Positions 9,438 through 19,463 of a stretch of 64,000 nt of DNA are shown piece after piece. Location of the stretch: NCBI GenBank assembly GCA_964503085.1, contig CAZCYQ010000014.1:211-64210 (forward strand). The letters run 5' to 3'. The position numbers and the translations under genes were made by a program. Below the pieces are notes generated by a model, which did no database searches, had not been told where the DNA came from, and saw nothing but the letters and a program-made list of their open reading frames with translations. Within the stretch, counting starts at the first letter, position 1, and the number at the start of each line of letters is the position of its first letter. The DNA comes from an uncultured Rhodothermaceae bacterium (GTDB lineage: Bacteria > Bacteroidota > Rhodothermia > Rhodothermales > Bin80).

Positions 9438-10091
9438 TTATTTATCCAGAAATTTTCTGAGTTTAATGTCGGATGCATAGAATATCTTCATGCGGTATCC
9501 CCAGACCTTCCGTCGAATCTCTTCACGAATTTCAGCAAGCTCAACCTCTATTTCTCTTATTGCCTGTTCTTGCACCTCTGGTGAGAGCTTTTCGCCCGTT
9601 TCGTTCTCGTACTTCTGAATAGAATACTGGGCTACATCGATGAATCTTTCAGTTAAAATATTTTGACTGAAGGTATCCAGGAAGCGGGGGGATTCGCTGG
9701 TGTCCTTTTCTTCGATATCAGGCGAGCCATCTTCCTCAACGGGTAGCTCAATCCCTATTTCTTTAAGTGACTCGTCCAGGGAGTCAAATATTCGAACAAC
9801 CCTTTTGAAGCCGCTGACGCCCATCACCTCTTGAATTATACTCGGGAGCGAACATATGCCAAACAGCTTCTCTGAAGTAGCATATTCTTTTGCCACGATA
9901 AGCAAAATGCGCAACCCTGCACTGGAAATAAACGAGACTCTGGAAAAATCCAAAATCAAGCTCAAGTCATCAGGCTTGATCTCCGAGTTGATCAGGTTAT
10001 GAAAAGTCGTGCTACTCGGGCTGTCGATTCTTCCGCGAACATCACCAAACAGAAACAAATCTGATCTTCTCCAAGAAATTGATACCGACAT
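9438..10091 (-). CDS. STAS-domain protein (anti-sigma-factor-antagonist-like) with acidic C-terminal extension
   Basis: 'LILDFSRVSFISSAGLRILLIVAKE...LFGICSLPSIIQEVMGVSGF' is a typical STAS core. Start trimmed to the ATG at 10091 ('MSVSISWRR'). Confidence 0.6.
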   Translation of the reverse strand: MSVSISWRRSDLFLFGDVRGRIDSPSSTTFHNLINSEIKPDDLSLILDFSRVSFISSAGLRILLIVAKEYATSEKLFGICSLPSIIQEVMGVSGFKRVVRIFDSLDESLKEIGIELPVEEDGSPDIEEKDTSESPRFLDTFSQNILTERFIDVAQYSIQKYENETGEKLSPEVQEQAIREIEVELAEIREEIRRKVWGYRMKIFYASDIKLRKFLDK

Positions 10092-10259
10092 ATTTCGATG
10101 AATAAATGATTCTAGTATTTGTGGAAATGGCCTCACCCTCCAGTTTTCCGCTGAACATACGATGTGTCGCAAGGCAAGGTCAAATCACGGGGTGATTCAG
10201 CCGAAGTAAAGGACTTTTTGCATCGGATTCCTGGGGCTTGGCTGAACGACTGGGAGCAG

Positions 10260-10331
10260 CTCCCCGGGTAGGACTCGAACCTACAACCCTGCGGTTAACA
10301 GCCGCATGCTCTACCATTGAGCTACCGAGGA
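10260..10331 (-). tRNA. tRNA-Asn (anticodon GTT)
   Basis: Minus-strand read 'tcctcggtagctcaatggtagagcatgcggctGTTaaccgcagggttgtaggttcgagtcctacccgggga-g'. Acceptor 7 bp (one G-U), anticodon stem tgcgg/ccgca, loop ctGTTaa, T-arm gtagg-ttcgagt-cctac. No encoded CCA. Confidence 0.9.
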
Positions 10332-10425
10332 AACGGGCGCAATAACCAATTTGGTTGCACCTTGTTCCGGATCACAAGGTTTTATCGGGGAACTTTGAGC
10401 TGCAAAATGGTATCACGTTGACCTT

Positions 10426-10509
10426 GCCCTGGTGGCGGAACTGGTAGACGCGCAGCATTCAGGATGCTGTGCCCGTACGGGCGTGGAGGTTCGAGTCCTC
10501 TCCAGGGCA
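10426..10509 (+). tRNA. tRNA-Leu (anticodon CAG), class II with long variable arm
   Basis: 'gccctggtggcggaactggtagacgcgcagcattCAGgatgctgtgcccgtacgggcgtggaggttcgagtcctctccagggca'. Acceptor gccctgg/ccagggc, anticodon loop ttCAGga, variable arm gcccgtacgggc, T-arm ggagg-ttcgagt-cctct. Confidence 0.9.
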
Positions 10510-10632
10510 CTCGCTGACCCATGTGGGCTTCTGTTCGCGGGGGTTGTTTGGTCACTTCCTTAGCTTTTTGAGCATTGTTGCCGCTTACTAATTTGATCTA
10601 CACCACGGCGGCGTCAGGTTGCGAATCTGCTC

Positions 10633-12438
10633 ATGACCTTACATAAGAGTCGTATCCGCAACTTCTGCATTGTCGCGCACATTGATCACGGCAAGAGCAC
10701 ACTCGCTGATCGCCTGTTGGAAATTACCGGCACAGTCGCCAAACGCGATATGCAGGATCAGGTGCTGGACTCCATGGACCTGGAGCGCGAGCGTGGCATC
10801 ACGATCAAGAGCCATGCCATCCAAATGACGTATCGGGCCGCCGATGGTTTGGACTATACCCTGAACCTGATTGACACGCCGGGCCATGTTGACTTCACCT
10901 ACGAAGTATCACGGGCCCTGAAAGCCTGTGAGGGGGCTATACTCGTCGTGGATGCAGCGCAAGGAATTGAAGCCCAGACGATCAGTAACCTGTATCTGGC
11001 ACTGGATAGTGATCTGGAAATCATCCCTGTATTAAACAAACTGGACCTGCCTGGCGCGCGCGCCGATGTGGTTGCGATGTCCATCGAAAGCCTGATCGGT
11101 GAACCAGCCGAAGATGTACTCTCTATCAGTGCGAAGACGGGCGAAGGCGTTCAGGAGTTGTTGGAAACCATCATTCAACGGGTACCACCTCCCGAAGGGC
11201 AACCTGATCACCCACTGCAAGCCCTGATCTTCGACTCAATCTTTAATCAGTATCGTGGTGCAATAGCCTACGTACGCATCTTTGAAGGCACTCTGCGCAG
11301 GAGGGAGGCAATCAGGTTTATGGCTACAAAATGTGAGTATCTAGCAGAAGAAATTGGTGTGCTGAGACTCGGAATGCAACCGACGGAAGAACTCTCAGCC
11401 GGAGACGTCGGGTATGTTATCGGGTCGATCAAAGATGTCAGAGATACGCGTGTGGGGGATACAATCACACATGCGAATCGGCCTGCTGCCACCGAGATTG
11501 CAGGATTTCGAGAGGTTAAACCGATGGTGTTCTCCGGTGTGTATCCCACGAACACCGAGGACTTTGAAGATCTTCGAGCCTCGCTGGAACGACTTCAGCT
11601 AAACGATTCGGCTATTGAATATGAGCCAGAAACCTCAGCAGCTCTTGGTTTTGGATTTCGTGTGGGTTTTCTGGGGCTCCTTCATATGGAAATCGTCCAG
11701 GAGCGGCTCGACAGGGAATTCAACCTGGATATTATTACGACGCTGCCAAACGTTAAATATGAGGTCGTAACGAATGACGGAACCATTGAGATTATAGAAA
11801 ATCCCAACAAGGTACCGGCAGCAGGTAAATTAGATCACATAAATGAACCGTTCGTAAAAGCAGAAATTATCTCCCCTTCGGAGTACATTGGCAATATCAT
11901 GAAGTTGTGCACGGATCGGCGGGGAGAGTTTGTAAATCAGACGTATCTGGGTACGGAGCGGGCTACGCTGGAGTACCAGTTGCCGCTAGCAGAAATTGTT
12001 TTCGACTTTTATGATAAGCTCAAAAGTTTCTCCCGCGGTTATGCATCGTTTGACTACGATTTCTCAGGTTACCGCCGAAGTGATTTAGTCAAGCTTGACG
12101 TACTGATCAATGGCGACCCGGTGGATGCACTGAGTGCAATCGTCCACCGAAGCAAAGCTTACGAAATGGGCCGCAAGCTTACGGCCAAGCTCAAGAATCT
12201 GATTCCACGCCAAATGTTTGAGGTGGCAATACAGGCAGCTATTGGCAGCCGTGTGATCGCACGAACAACCGTAAAAGCAATTCGCAAAGATGTAACCGCC
12301 AAGTGCTATGGCGGGGACATAACAAGAAAACGTAAGCTTCTAGAGAAACAGAAAGAGGGCAAGAAGCGCATGAAGCATGTGGGCAATGTTGAAGTCCCAC
12401 AGGAAGCATTCCTGGCCGTACTTTCAATGGAGAATTGA
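10633..12438 (+). CDS. lepA: Translation elongation factor 4 (LepA/EF4)
   Basis: 601 aa. GTPase motifs 'AHIDHGKST', 'DTPGH', 'NKLD'. Full-length LepA-like sequence, upstream of lepB. Confidence 0.97.
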   Translation: MTLHKSRIRNFCIVAHIDHGKSTLADRLLEITGTVAKRDMQDQVLDSMDLERERGITIKSHAIQMTYRAADGLDYTLNLIDTPGHVDFTYEVSRALKACEGAILVVDAAQGIEAQTISNLYLALDSDLEIIPVLNKLDLPGARADVVAMSIESLIGEPAEDVLSISAKTGEGVQELLETIIQRVPPPEGQPDHPLQALIFDSIFNQYRGAIAYVRIFEGTLRRREAIRFMATKCEYLAEEIGVLRLGMQPTEELSAGDVGYVIGSIKDVRDTRVGDTITHANRPAATEIAGFREVKPMVFSGVYPTNTEDFEDLRASLERLQLNDSAIEYEPETSAALGFGFRVGFLGLLHMEIVQERLDREFNLDIITTLPNVKYEVVTNDGTIEIIENPNKVPAAGKLDHINEPFVKAEIISPSEYIGNIMKLCTDRRGEFVNQTYLGTERATLEYQLPLAEIVFDFYDKLKSFSRGYASFDYDFSGYRRSDLVKLDVLINGDPVDALSAIVHRSKAYEMGRKLTAKLKNLIPRQMFEVAIQAAIGSRVIARTTVKAIRKDVTAKCYGGDITRKRKLLEKQKEGKKRMKHVGNVEVPQEAFLAVLSMEN

Positions 12439-12442
12439 CGTC

Positions 12443-13240
12443 ATGCAGCGAAGCTTCTGTGTTATGTTGATGCTGCTCATGCACACATTGCAGACCCATG
12501 CGCAAAATGGGCGTATAGCCTGGGATGAGGTTGGTTCTGTTTACGCTCAAGAGAAATTTCAGCGCACCTACCGGACGTACCTGGAGACTTATGGTGAGTA
12601 TGTCAGCCCTCTAGGGCAGACCCGGTTTCCGGTTGCCAGTGACTCTCTGTTTGGATGGATCAGGCAAGCTATGGGTCTGCCGGATCCATCTTTGTCCAAG
12701 CCATTTCAAGGAGAGATACATGCATGGACACTGGCGTCAATCGATGCGCGAGCAGATTGGCTGGCACGGTTTGGTCACGTGAAATGGGCATATCTGGGGA
12801 ATAATTTTTTTACGCCGCTTGACACAGTGGCCACGCCCGAAATACGTGCTCACCTGGAGGCACACTTTGGCCCGCCTACGCAGACGGCAGTGGAAACAAA
12901 ACAAGGCGATGCAACACCTTCTGACGAGAATGGTCAGTTTGAGTACTGGTTCGTGGTCAATGACTCGATTCCAATGATGGTCATGGATGTTCGGGGGCCG
13001 TTTGATCGTGGAGTAATTGTAGCAACGGATCAGCGGTTCCGATCATTTCTCTATCGAATGCGACAGTCGCTTCTTGCAGCGGCGATGCGCCGCATAGAGC
13101 CAGCACCTTATGTAGATTACTACTACAATTATACTACAGATAAATGGTATTCAACAGGATACAACGGTGCGGAGTATTTTCTGAATCAAATACGTCGACC
13201 AAACCTGACACTCGGAAGACCGGTTCAAGCCTCATCATAA
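12443..13240 (+). CDS. Hypothetical secreted protein
   Basis: Start trimmed to the ATG at 12443, giving a signal-peptide-like 'MQRSFCVMLMLLMHTLQTHAQ'. No recognisable motif. Confidence 0.5.
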   Translation: MQRSFCVMLMLLMHTLQTHAQNGRIAWDEVGSVYAQEKFQRTYRTYLETYGEYVSPLGQTRFPVASDSLFGWIRQAMGLPDPSLSKPFQGEIHAWTLASIDARADWLARFGHVKWAYLGNNFFTPLDTVATPEIRAHLEAHFGPPTQTAVETKQGDATPSDENGQFEYWFVVNDSIPMMVMDVRGPFDRGVIVATDQRFRSFLYRMRQSLLAAAMRRIEPAPYVDYYYNYTTDKWYSTGYNGAEYFLNQIRRPNLTLGRPVQASS

Positions 13241-13277
13241 CAGTCGAAGACGGCGATATTCACCTAGTAACTAACTG

Positions 13278-14420
13278 ATGCCTGAATCAATTGGCAAGAA
13301 GGAAAGAAAACAGCGACGCGCGGAGAGAGCTGCTCAGCGTAGCGGTAAGCGCGAGAAAAAGAAAAAGGGGCCGCTGAGAGAATGGTTGGATGCCATTGTA
13401 TTTGCGATCATCTTTATGGTCATTATGCGAACGGTATTCTTTGATCTGTTTCAGATTCCAACCCCCTCTATGGAGAAGAGCTTGCTGGTTGGGGACTACA
13501 TCGTGGTGTCAAAGCTACACTACGGCATGAGGACTCCGATGACTATTGGCATTCCCTTCACTCAGATATACGTGCGCGGGCTTGATCTTCCATGGACGCG
13601 ATTCCCCGGTTTTACTGAGCCTAAACGTTTTGATGCCGTGGTCTTCAACTGGCCTGCGGATGAAGAGAACAAACCCATTGATCGCAAGACGTACTACATC
13701 AAACGGGTCATTGGCATGCCGAGTGATACGCTTGAGATAATTGACAAAATTGTTCACGTCAACGGTGATACGCTGTTTTTCAAGGAGACGAAGGAACCCT
13801 TCAAGGATACCATGCAGCATTTCTGGTACGTCTATAAGGAGGACCCACGTATGCGCCTGCCAAGTGCGCGCCTGGAAGAATTAGGCGTCTCGGAACACTG
13901 GCCGACCACAAATCCCACTGTCGTACGGATCCAGGCTACCGATGCTGCCGCGGAGGCCATCGAAGCATGGGAATATGTGACGGCAGTCAACCCCGTTGTT
14001 AGGGAACCAACCGTAAATCGGGCCTACTCACTATACCCCCCAAGCAGCAATTATTCGACGGATAATTACGGGCCAATTACAATCCCGGGCAAAGATCTCG
14101 TTGTAAATCTGACACCGGAAAACTGGCCGGTTTATGAGCATGTGATCACCAAATATGAAGGACATACTGCATCCCTGAGCAGTGATGGCACGATTCGCAT
14201 CAACGGCGAGGCGCGAGACTCCTATACCTTCACGCAGAACTACTACTTCGTAATGGGTGACAACAGGGATAATTCTGAGGACAGTCGTTTTTGGGGCTTT
14301 GTTCCAATGGACCATGTTGTGGGACGTGCAGTCGCGGTCTATTTCTCGTGGAACAGCGAAGGCAGCCCGTTCATACTGGGCCAAATTCGCGGTAAGCGAA
14401 TGTTTCGCGCTATCCAATAA
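13278..14420 (+). CDS. lepB: Signal peptidase I
   Basis: Catalytic Ser box 'PTPSMEKSL', Lys box 'YIKRVIGMPSDTLE', and 'GDNRDNSEDSRFWGFVP'. Classical lepA-lepB neighbourhood. Confidence 0.9.
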   Translation: MPESIGKKERKQRRAERAAQRSGKREKKKKGPLREWLDAIVFAIIFMVIMRTVFFDLFQIPTPSMEKSLLVGDYIVVSKLHYGMRTPMTIGIPFTQIYVRGLDLPWTRFPGFTEPKRFDAVVFNWPADEENKPIDRKTYYIKRVIGMPSDTLEIIDKIVHVNGDTLFFKETKEPFKDTMQHFWYVYKEDPRMRLPSARLEELGVSEHWPTTNPTVVRIQATDAAAEAIEAWEYVTAVNPVVREPTVNRAYSLYPPSSNYSTDNYGPITIPGKDLVVNLTPENWPVYEHVITKYEGHTASLSSDGTIRINGEARDSYTFTQNYYFVMGDNRDNSEDSRFWGFVPMDHVVGRAVAVYFSWNSEGSPFILGQIRGKRMFRAIQ

Positions 14421-14453
14421 AAGCCCAGCGTATAGGTACACGCTCAGGGATGA

Positions 14454-15407
14454 TCAATCAATCTGCTGTGACTTACGAAGTTCGTCAAATTTTTCCTGTT
14501 GGAGAGTGCCGGGAGGCACATCATAAGGGTGGGCAGGCAGGTCAACGAGCTTCAGGACCGGGTAGCGACGACCATGCTCAAATGGTTGCGGCTTGCCGCG
14601 CGGTTCCTTGCCGATAACCAGTACAGTAGTACCCTGTTTCAGGATTTTTGCCCCAACAGATACAATTCCATCGGATGTGCTGGTGGTTTGCCAGGTGTCC
14701 GCCCAGTCGTAAACCCATTTTGCATCAGCATCAACCAGCCGCACACACCCGTGACTCATCGGGCCGCCGGTGGGCATTTCGTATTGGTGGACATGCATGC
14801 CGTTGTGATGGAAGTTCATAACCCAGTACATTTCCCAAGGCTCGCCTTCTGGGCTCTCCGATGATATGCGGTACTCCTCACGCCAATTGAAATTGTAGCG
14901 GCCGTAGGGGGTTGGTGATTCATCCGGGTCACCAGTATTGATGATCCCCCACCGCATAAGGCGTCCGTATTCGTAAGCGGCAAAGGCCTGAATGGTCTTG
15001 TCCATAATGAAGAGCTTGTCAAACTCCCGTCCGCCGGCATAGTAGCGTGGAAATGGCGAGTAAGCCCTGAAATCCAATTCAAACCGTGTCGGCGCGATGA
15101 TGGTATCGCCGACGGTATAGGTCTGCATCATGCGACGATTGATCATTTCGACAAGCATTGCGCGTCGAGTACCAAGTCGGGTGTTGCCATCGCCGATTCT
15201 ACGATAGAACACATTCCGGGCCAGAACGCTGTTGTTCCGGTCATTTTCGAGGACATGGTACCTATAGAATACCTCCGGGATATGTTCAAGGCTTTCGAAG
15301 CGCAGGTTAAGCAGGTCCGCAACCGCATCCTGATCAATGTACCCTCCCGACTGGGCGTAGGCGGCCGGTACAAAAAAGAGAATCCAAAGTAGTTTTAGCA
15401 AGCGCAT
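14454..15407 (-). CDS. L,D-transpeptidase (YkuD) family protein
   Basis: Catalytic motif 'SHGCVRL'. Start trimmed to the ATG at 15407, giving the signal peptide 'MRLLKLLWILFFVPAAYAQ'. Confidence 0.8.
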   Translation of the reverse strand: MRLLKLLWILFFVPAAYAQSGGYIDQDAVADLLNLRFESLEHIPEVFYRYHVLENDRNNSVLARNVFYRRIGDGNTRLGTRRAMLVEMINRRMMQTYTVGDTIIAPTRFELDFRAYSPFPRYYAGGREFDKLFIMDKTIQAFAAYEYGRLMRWGIINTGDPDESPTPYGRYNFNWREEYRISSESPEGEPWEMYWVMNFHHNGMHVHQYEMPTGGPMSHGCVRLVDADAKWVYDWADTWQTTSTSDGIVSVGAKILKQGTTVLVIGKEPRGKPQPFEHGRRYPVLKLVDLPAHPYDVPPGTLQQEKFDELRKSQQID

Positions 15408-15415
15408 CTGAATGT

Positions 15416-16489
15416 TTACCGTGTTTTTCGCGAGATGTTGTCTGAGGTTTTTTTGGAAGCCAGGCATCCGTCGTTGATGAGTTTACCAATCATTTCGATA
15501 CTTCCCAGCACTATCAGGATATTCCCCGCTTCAATCAGATCGTCAGGTCCTGGATAGAAATGCCTGTCCTGATCAGTATCTCCTTTGATGATAGCGATGA
15601 CGATAGTTTCCCAGAACCGTCGAAAATCTGCTTCTTTGAGGGTTTTACCAGCCAAGGGCGCACCTTCTTCAATCAAGACCTGCTCCATACTCAAGCCTAG
15701 GTCATCAGCCTGCAGTACGTAAGACATAAACTGATCTACATGGGGGCGCAAAACCACCTGGGCCATTCTCTCGGCTCCAACCTGCACAGGTGAGACCACT
15801 TTTGAGGCGCCGGCCTGGAGTATGCGTCGTCGGCTGGCCGCATCGGACGCACGTGCCAGAATAAATAATTCAGGATTATTCTCACGCGCAACAAGTGTGA
15901 CGTAAACGTTTTGGGCGTCATCGGGCAGCAGTGTGATAAGTCCGGTTGCATTTTTTATGCCCACCGATAGCAAGGCGCTGTCCTGAGTAGCATCTCCACT
16001 AAGTGCATTAATTCCGTTTTCAACCAGATGCTTTATGAGGTTTTCATTTTTGTCTAGAACTACGAGAGACTTTCCAGCCCCTAGGAGCATATGTGTGACA
16101 TCCTTTCCTACACGCCCATACCCGCAAATGATATAGTGGTTTTGCATGTTTTTGATTCTAAACATCCGGCGACGGTTTCGGATCAGTGTTCCTGCAACAA
16201 GCAGACGTGCCCATCGCGCTGCCACAAAAGCTAAGGATCCTATCCCGACGGATGCAAAAAAAATTGTAAAGATCCTCCCCTCATTTGACAGGTCTTGTAC
16301 TTCGGTAAACCCTATTGTGCTTAACGTTATGAAAGCCATATAGAGTGAATCCAGAAGCCCCCAGCCTTCAAGGACCGCATACCCTGCTGTGCCGACTCCC
16401 ATCCAGACCGTTAAAAACAGCGTGCTGTAAAAGACCTCGCGCCCTTGGGGGATTCTGTCGCGCAATTGCCGACGAAGCGTCGCAGACAT
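15416..16489 (-). CDS. RCK/TrkA-domain cation channel (K+ channel family) with non-canonical filter
   Basis: Two TM helices plus pore segment 'TLSTIGFTEV'. TrkA-N Rossmann 'ICGYGRVGKDV'. C-terminal TrkA-C-like domain. Confidence 0.8.
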   Translation of the reverse strand: MSATLRRQLRDRIPQGREVFYSTLFLTVWMGVGTAGYAVLEGWGLLDSLYMAFITLSTIGFTEVQDLSNEGRIFTIFFASVGIGSLAFVAARWARLLVAGTLIRNRRRMFRIKNMQNHYIICGYGRVGKDVTHMLLGAGKSLVVLDKNENLIKHLVENGINALSGDATQDSALLSVGIKNATGLITLLPDDAQNVYVTLVARENNPELFILARASDAASRRRILQAGASKVVSPVQVGAERMAQVVLRPHVDQFMSYVLQADDLGLSMEQVLIEEGAPLAGKTLKEADFRRFWETIVIAIIKGDTDQDRHFYPGPDDLIEAGNILIVLGSIEMIGKLINDGCLASKKTSDNISRKTR

Positions 16490-16707
16490 TACATGAAGGA
16501 ACTTATGTTGGAGGACCCTTCATCTATCCTCACCAGTTCGCCAATTCGTTGTGCTCTAAAAATACAGAACGTCTGCATTTCCGTTTTCGACGGGAATGAT
16601 ATAATTCCCTGCTGCATAAAGATTGTAGGCAATGCGCTTTCTGAACGGGCTCCTAAAAATGGCAATCTGCGAATGAACACGTCCAGTACTGTTTCTAAGG
16701 CATTCTT

Positions 16708-17223
16708 TTACATCGCGGTCACAGGTGTGCGATATAATCGGCTATAGACGGAATCTGCAAGCGGAAGCTCAAATTCTCTGGCGCGTAGTGCCCTCAAGGT
16801 ATAGATCCCAGGGTTAAACACCTTGGTAGCGGAGCTTATAAGGCCCTCAGCAACCATTTTTCTAAAATTCCCACGAGAAACATAGTTTACTTGGTCGCTC
16901 TCGGATCTGTAATAGATCAACATAGATGAAAGCAGTCGACAGTTTTCAATCGTGGAAGCATCCTTGACCGCACGCATAAGCGCGTCAATGCCGCAGCCGC
17001 TGATAGTACCATCGGCAACTTCGCCGGCAACTAACAAGAATCGGTTAGCTTCAAGCGCGGCTGCACCTTGAACAGGGCGGCCGTGCGAGACCCATTGTTC
17101 AATAAATTGTTGTGTTCGGGTAAGCAGGCCCTGCAGTCCGGCCTCATCCCCGTCAAGTGCTATGACCCAAAGACGAGCTTCGTCGGACAGATGGTGCAGG
17201 ATATGATCAGATGCCGGAGACAT
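16708..17223 (-). CDS. Hypothetical protein, translationally coupled to xseB
   Basis: 171-aa ORF. Its ATG (17221-17223) overlaps the xseB stop by 1 nt. No motif recognised. Confidence 0.5.
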   Translation of the reverse strand: MSPASDHILHHLSDEARLWVIALDGDEAGLQGLLTRTQQFIEQWVSHGRPVQGAAALEANRFLLVAGEVADGTISGCGIDALMRAVKDASTIENCRLLSSMLIYYRSESDQVNYVSRGNFRKMVAEGLISSATKVFNPGIYTLRALRAREFELPLADSVYSRLYRTPVTAM

Positions 17224-17471
17224 CAGTTGGAAAGAGTAAATTCGTCAGATGGAGCATCCGTGTCCGCCTCAAGGATACTGCGCAATTCAGTGACCCGTTG
17301 TTCGGCTGTATCCAGCCGTTTCATACATTCTTTGGCGAGACCGATGCCTTCCTCGTATTTTTTCAGGGCCGATTCCATTGTACCGGAATCTTCGGACAAG
17401 TCCTTTGCAATGGACTCTAGGCGCTGCAGAAGCGTATCAAGCGATTCTTCGGTCTCTGTGGTATTGTTCAT
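17223..17471 (-). CDS. xseB: Exodeoxyribonuclease VII small subunit
   Basis: 'SLDTLLQRLESIAKDLSEDSGTMESALKKYEEGIGLAKECMKRLDTAEQRVTEL' is a typical XseB helical hairpin. Start trimmed to the ATG at 17471. Confidence 0.8.
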   Translation of the reverse strand: MNNTTETEESLDTLLQRLESIAKDLSEDSGTMESALKKYEEGIGLAKECMKRLDTAEQRVTELRSILEADTDAPSDEFTLSN

Positions 17472-17540
17472 GGAGTCATGACAACGATAACGGAACGTAC
17501 GTAAACGGTCCATAGATTATACACTTAAAGTCTTAGAAAG

Positions 17541-18320
17541 ATGAATTTAGGTCTCAAAGGGAAGGTTGCAGTTGTTACCGGTGCCAGTCGGGGATTGGGC
17601 AGAGCCATTGCACTGGGGCTCGCAGCAGAAGGATGCCGTCTTGTAGTTTGTGCTCGTGGTAAAGAAGCGCTGGAGGCTGTGAGGGAAGAGATCTCCGAAC
17701 TTCATGGTGTGCCCGTACTGGCGAAGCAAACAGATTTAACGGTACCTGGAGAACCGGAAGCCTTGATTAAAGCTGCCGCCGACCACTTTGGAGCGGTTCA
17801 ACTTCTGGTCAACAACGCGGGTGGCAATCGCCGGGGCAAGTTCGCTGATTTGTCAGATCAGGACTGGGATGACATATTGACCTTGAATTTGAAAATGCAT
17901 CTACAAGCCAGTCGTGCGGCGATTCCATACATGAATTCAGCCGGAGGTGGCGCCATTCTGTTTATAGGTTCCATTTTCGGTCGTGAAGCCGGTGGTCCCG
18001 GGTTGTCGATTTACAATACGACCAAGTCCGCACTCATTAGTGCCGCCAAAATCATGGCATTGGAATTGGCGCCGGACAACATCCGCGTAAATACGCTGGC
18101 GCCTGGTTCTATTCGATTTCCTGGAGGGTCCTGGGACAGACGGGTAAAAAGTGACCCAGAAGGGATGAAGGCCTTTATTGCAGACAATCTGCCGATTGGC
18201 CGGTTTGGAACGGCAGAAGAGATTGCAGATGTCGCTGCATTCCTGCTTTCTGAGCGGGCGAGTCTGATTACCGGGGCCTGTCTGAATGTTGACGGCGGCC
18301 AGTCACGGTCTCTAATCTGA
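17541..18320 (+). CDS. SDR-family oxidoreductase (FabG-like)
   Basis: 'TGASRGLG', 'NNAGG', catalytic 'YNTTK'. Confidence 0.85.
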   Translation: MNLGLKGKVAVVTGASRGLGRAIALGLAAEGCRLVVCARGKEALEAVREEISELHGVPVLAKQTDLTVPGEPEALIKAAADHFGAVQLLVNNAGGNRRGKFADLSDQDWDDILTLNLKMHLQASRAAIPYMNSAGGGAILFIGSIFGREAGGPGLSIYNTTKSALISAAKIMALELAPDNIRVNTLAPGSIRFPGGSWDRRVKSDPEGMKAFIADNLPIGRFGTAEEIADVAAFLLSERASLITGACLNVDGGQSRSLI

Positions 18321-18323
18321 TTT

Positions 18324-19364
18324 CTAAGTGAAGCGCAATAGACGCAAGTGCATCTCGCGGACATCCGATTCAGGACGTCTCCATTGAATTAGTATCGGGC
18401 TTTGGTAAGTGCCGACCACTACGCGTCCTAGAGGATCTTCGTCTTTTGCGTTGATAAGCAACTGGATCGTACTGCCCAAATTCATCCAGCGTGCTTCTAG
18501 TGGAGATGCAATCCGATCAATTATATGCTCCAGCAGGGGTAAATTTATACCTAAACGCTCCACCATGTACTCAAGGATGGAAACACTGCGATTTGCAACT
18601 CTCAGGCCATCCCGGATGGCAAGGCGTATTTCATATTGAAGCATGTTCTTGGCCTTGCTCGGAACCATCAGCGGATGACGTGCAAACTGGGGAGCATTGT
18701 GCAGCATATACTTCAGTGGGTTCATAAGCACATCGGTGATATCCCGTTCGACAAGGAGTGCTTCAAACTCATTCACCGTTATCCCCGCATGTTTCTCGCC
18801 TGGAGCCAGTTCAAGGGTGACGAGTCCCCGATGAATCTGGTATTTGGCCACGAGCGCCTGCAGGTCGGGCAGGCTTCTGTTGAGATCCACTGCGCATTGA
18901 TTTTTCTTGGGCAATTCAACCTTCAAGGTTTCTTCGTGCACGCAGGTGGCATTGTTGTATCCCACGACCATTGATCTTCTGGACCGAAAAGTCTCATTGG
19001 ACTCACCGTCGAGATCAATGAAGTAGACGGGGTGATCTGGGGTAAATTCGTACAGGACGCAATTGCACAGACCGAGACATATGAAAGCCAGGTGCGAATC
19101 TGCGTTCAGGGGTTCGTGTTTGCGTTGCTCGGCAGACAATTCACTTCGGAGTTCCATGCGATCATGCCAGTAGGGCGCGCCTTCCGGAAAGAGTCTGCGA
19201 GCCGAACGAACGAGTGATTCAATACCCTGGCGATTGTTGCCCAGTTTCAGGACAAGAGGTTGCTCCAGAAACCCTGCCGTAGTATGAACTGAACAGAACG
19301 CAACCCTGTCAAAGTTGGAGAAGATACCAGAGTCTACTTTCCCCACCTGTTTCCCAACGTTCAT
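18324..19364 (-). CDS. YjbQ/UPF0047-like protein, apparently tandemly duplicated
   Basis: N-terminal 'VHTTAGFLEQ ... NADSHL', a second copy-like 'KHAGITVNEFE', and a C-terminal 'VGTYQSPILIQW' resembling the YjbQ 'LGTWQ.i.l.E' strand. At 346 aa it is about twice the usual YjbQ length. Confidence 0.45.
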   Translation of the reverse strand: MNVGKQVGKVDSGIFSNFDRVAFCSVHTTAGFLEQPLVLKLGNNRQGIESLVRSARRLFPEGAPYWHDRMELRSELSAEQRKHEPLNADSHLAFICLGLCNCVLYEFTPDHPVYFIDLDGESNETFRSRRSMVVGYNNATCVHEETLKVELPKKNQCAVDLNRSLPDLQALVAKYQIHRGLVTLELAPGEKHAGITVNEFEALLVERDITDVLMNPLKYMLHNAPQFARHPLMVPSKAKNMLQYEIRLAIRDGLRVANRSVSILEYMVERLGINLPLLEHIIDRIASPLEARWMNLGSTIQLLINAKDEDPLGRVVVGTYQSPILIQWRRPESDVREMHLRLLRFT

Positions 19365-19463
19365 TATATCAATCCGGGATCGGGGGGAGATCTGGAGTGT
19401 GGTTGCTATTGTGGGGCGACTAGGAATCGTACTATCGTATTTGGGAATAAGGGACGAGAATTG

